DNA from: Lama glama
Taxonomy: Eukaryota
Direction of reading: 5' to 3'
NCBI GenBank assembly: GCA_028534125.1
Contig: CM052816.1
Coordinates: 14,076,001-14,140,000 of the forward strand
DNA length: 64,000 nt
Shown here piece after piece: positions 60,553-64,000 of this stretch. The notes under the pieces are model-generated. The model searched no databases. It was given only the letters and a program-made list of their open reading frames with translations, and was not told the DNA's origin. The position numbers were made by a program, and so were the translations under genes. Numbering within the stretch: the first letter of the stretch is position 1; each line of letters starts with the position of its first letter.

Positions 60553-60633
60553 TTTATGTTGAATCACATGAAATTGCCACTTTGTACATGCAAAGTCACT
60601 GAATACTGGCAATTTCATATGTCTTGACTAAAA
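60553..60633. mobile_element. MADE2-like mariner MITE
   Basis: About 80-bp inverted structure 'tgttgaatcacatgaaattgcca...tggcaatttcatatgtcttgac'. Confidence 0.75.
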
Positions 60634-60929
60634 TGTGATACTTCAATGAAAGGATTACTCTAAGAAAAAAAAAAATCCTGCCCAGCTGAATTGCTTTGTA
60701 CATGGCTCTGTAAAAATTAGTTTTGAAAAAGAGCCTGTGCCTTCCAAGGGCTCTTTGGCAGGTGATAAACAGGCTCAGGATGGTTGTTAAGTTCTTCCCC
60801 AAGGGCCTGAGGCTGGTGCACTTGGCTGTGTATTCCAGAGTCCGGAGTCCAGCCAGCCCTGGTGGTGCAAGGCAGCTGGGGAGGCCAGAACATCCTCAAG
60901 CCGAGATGAACACACCCAGCCTCAGGCCC

Positions 60930-61325
60930 AAGGTGTCAGTGTTCCCGGAATACACCAGTTCACGCCTTCCCTGCTCTTGGTGCTCACTGTGCCCTCCATC
61001 CTGGAATTTGCAAGGCTCCTGCTCCTCGGCCTTCAGACTTTCCAGAGGGGCTCCCTGACTTCCCTAAAGGTCCTCCCTCCAATTGCTGACACCGCTCTTT
61101 ATTATTCACTTCATGGATTTGACCACCATCTGAAATTCCGTTATTATTTGGGTGATTCCTTTTCATTATTTGTTCCTTTCATTAGACTAAGCTGTACAAA
61201 AGCAAGGGTCTCCCATAACTTACTCACCGTTGTACACTCAGGGCCTGCGATGGTACCTGGTACCTAGAAGGTGCTTAAATACTGGCTGAATGAATAAGTA
61301 AATGAATGATTGATGAAATGAAATG
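60930..61325 (+). mobile_element. LINE-2 3' portion
   Basis: 'attagactaagctgtacaaaagcaaggg...tggtacctggtacctagaaggtgcttaaatactggctgaatgaat'. Confidence 0.8.
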
Positions 61326-62383
61326 GCATGAATAGAGGCCAGGGGAGAAAGTGTGGCCCAAAGCACACCATCAAGTCAGAAGGAAGAGCGTGGCCCCCAT
61401 CTCGCTCATGGAATATGAAAGCCAAGTTCAGCCTCCAGAAAGCTGCTGACCCCTGCAGAGTCCAAACAGCCACTCCCTATCACTGTGCTTCTCCCAGGGT
61501 TCCCATTCTGTTGAAGGAGGGACACAGACATTTATGAGGTATTTATTGAACCACCCTACGGAGTCGGAATTATCACGCCCATTAAATACACAAGATCAAA
61601 GAGTCTGAAGAATCAGGAACTCACCTGAGATCCATCAACAATTCTGCAGCGGTCTTTGGGCAAAATCTAAATCTGTCTGTTCCCAAAGTTAGAGCTCACC
61701 AACCACTGTATCACCTGAGTTTTCAAGATGCCCAGGCAATTCCTGTGACCTGCAAGCAAGGACCAAGAATGCTACTCGTGATCTCTTGCTTTCTACTTCT
61801 TATTCTCTTCCTACTCAGGGCTCTCAGTGGTTGCTCCGGATTTAGCTCTCCTATCTGAAATGAGCAGTGTGTGCTTCATTTGATGTGAATTTGAACTTAA
61901 TGCAAATTTGCACTGGGCCATGTAAATACATTCATAAAAATCTTGATTCAGTAGCCAAAGCTGAAAACAATGCAAATCTGACGTTACAGTCACACTTATG
62001 AGGAAATCACTCTGGACCACATGAGGTCTTCAGGAAAGCTGCTTTTGCATAACGTTCCACTGCCCCGTTCAGCGTAGAGTGAAAACCAAGGAAGGGTCTT
62101 GCAAGAAGAATGGGGAAGAGGAAGCTAGTGACCTGTATTATCACAACCAAACTAAAATCTTTAAAATTCCCATCATACAGAGCAATTACAGGACCTCAAA
62201 ACTAGCTGTGCACTTTGCTCTGAGCTAAGTTACTTGAAAAACATCGTTCCCTTCAGGGCTCATATAATCCCTTGAAGCATATATGATGACCAGTCCCCTT
62301 TTTACAATAGGGGTTTGAAGAGATTAAGATTCACACACCTAGTACTGTCATTTAAATTAATCAATTATTTTTAATGTTAAAGC

Positions 62384-62465
62384 AGGAGGGTGTAGCTCAG
62401 TGGTAGAGCACATGCTTAGCATGCAGGAAGTCCTGGGTTCAACCCCCAGTACCTCCATTAAATAA

Positions 62466-62498
<33 letters not shown>

Positions 62499-62502
62499 TA
62501 GA
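62384..62502 (+). mobile_element. Vic-1-like SINE, short form ending in an (AGAT)/(AGAC)n microsatellite
   Basis: 'ggagggtgtagctcagtggtagagcacatgcttagcatgcaggaagtcctgggttcaacccccagtacctcc'. Confidence 0.92.
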
Positions 62503-62889
62503 ATTACACAAAGTCACCAAGTGTTTCACACCTACCCCTCCTCCATACTGACCTCTCCTCCATACTGATACAAGAGCATCGTCATTCCCATCATTACATC
62601 ACGGAATCTACCACTGACATCCAAGCATCTAAAATCAACTCTTCTGTGAACTATTTTAGGCACCCAGCCACACCACGGAAAATTCGAACTTTGTCCTGCA
62701 AAAACTGCACTAGTTAAAGCAGCAATGATAGCACTGTATTATTGTTTTAACTATTTCTTAATAAAGAAAACGTTGCTTGCATTTTAGAATGTTTTCTCTT
62801 TTTGAGGTTTTGACGCACCCAGACAAATGGACACCTCTGAGAATTCTAACTCAGTCCCTGCATCCCAATGGCTGGGTATGTTGAATAAT

Positions 62890-63165
62890 CATGTTAACAG
62901 GTACCCTGCACTTAGAATGTTCCGGACGCTGTTCTGGGTGCTTTATGTGCATTATTCCATTCCAGTTCCACTCAGCCCTTTCTGATAAGTACTACTAGTA
63001 ATTTTCATATTACAGAAGAGGAAACTGAGGCACGTACAGTTTGAATAATTTGTCCAAGGCTGTGGAGCTTCTAAGGGTGTGACTGAACCCCGGCAATCTA
63101 TGCTGAGTGCACATCTGTCTTTCAAACTCTCCAGCCTCCAAAGCTACAACCCTGAACACCATTGA
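62890..63165 (-). mobile_element. MIR SINE
   Basis: 'ctgttctgggtgctttatgtgcattat...ttacagaagaggaaactgaggcac...ttgtccaaggc'. Confidence 0.85.
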
Positions 63166-64000
63166 GCCAGAAAGCCTAGGGGCTAGTGCCAGGCAGAGTT
63201 CTAACTTCAGGCCTGACACATCCCCTTGGCTATCCTCGGTTCCATCAGCACTCCCCAAAACTCCTTCCTGCTTCTGGGCCTTCTGCCACCCCTGGCCTGG
63301 CTGAGTCTGCATTCTGCAGATGAGGACAGCAGGGACACTTCTCCAGGGCCCCCAGGCTGTGCCCCTTCTTCTGCTCTCTGTACTCTCTAACGCACCACCG
63401 ATGTTAACTGTAATTAAATCACAGTTTAATCAATTATTTCTTTAATATCTATCTCCCCTCCCGACTATATAAACAGTGACAGTTCCAGAGTTCCTATAGA
63501 GGTGGGGGCAGGTAGTCTATCTGGGCTGGGGGGGCTTGGCTTCCAGTGCTTCATATTTGAGATAAGGATGAGAAAGGTCAATTGACTACAGAAATGAATG
63601 AGGTTGCTGAAGAAGATTATAGGTGACACCATGGTGTCAACACAGACTGTAAGCTCTGTAAGGGCAAAACCAGCATCTGTCTCTTTTATTACAGTAAATC
63701 CAACACCTGGCACTGTGTCTGATGCACAGGAAGTATAAAATAATGTTTTGTGGAATTAATAAATACTTAAAATAGAGCCTCTGACTTCTCATCTGAAAAG
63801 GAGGGAAGATAAGACCCAGAGCACAGCTTTTTAAAGCAACATGACATATGAAAACAGGCCAAGCCCAGGAATGGCCCACAATGCGTACTCCATAAACACC
63901 TGCCATTGGATTAGAATTCCTGCCTCTCCTCTTTCCCACTGTATCAGCTCCCAGCTTAAGAAGAGGGCAAAGCCCAGAACTGAAGCCACGGGACACCCCG

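Noticed and set aside
49792..62502. All five SINE copies right of the island are on the plus strand
   Set aside because: The sample is too small, and two of the five are non-independent tandem insertions
1..64000. Protein-coding genes from the six-frame ORF track (longest 7819-8430, 203 aa; 27505-28023; 46397-46882; 36481-36963)
   Set aside because: No recognisable domain or homologue, many overlap on both strands, composition is typical of GC-rich non-coding DNA, many use non-ATG starts, and many lie within repeats
1..64000. CRISPR array, operon, or prokaryotic/phage defence system
   Set aside because: The sequence is clearly mammalian; there are no regularly spaced repeat-spacer arrays and no gene-dense ORF organisation

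Overview
Mammalian (placental) genomic DNA, most likely camelid (alpaca/vicuna/camel). The evidence is 12 copies of a tRNA-derived SINE resembling Vic-1, young artiodactyl-type L1 3' ends, and a background of ancient eutherian repeats (MIR, L2, L1M, MLT1, MER31, MER5A, MER45, MER53, Zaphod, Tigger2, MADE2). I find no convincing protein-coding exon; the ORF track looks like chance ORFs or translated repeats. The main non-repeat landmark is a strong CpG island at ~45.8-46.7 kb. It is probably the promoter/first exon of an unidentified gene that I infer is transcribed leftward (minus strand), making ~1-46 kb a long 5' intron region and ~47-64 kb upstream DNA. A weaker CpG-rich block at ~7.5-8.6 kb may be an alternative promoter or enhancer. 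I see no novel multi-gene system. The most unusual items are small: a SINE plus full solo LTR inside one 16-bp direct repeat, a triple TSD from two SINE insertions at one site, a candidate 144-nt exon ending at an AG|GT site, a uORF/AUGA overlap in the island, TSD pairs recording CpG deamination, and a (TA)n fold-back palindrome. Repeat family names come from remembered consensus sequences, and old-repeat boundaries are approximate.
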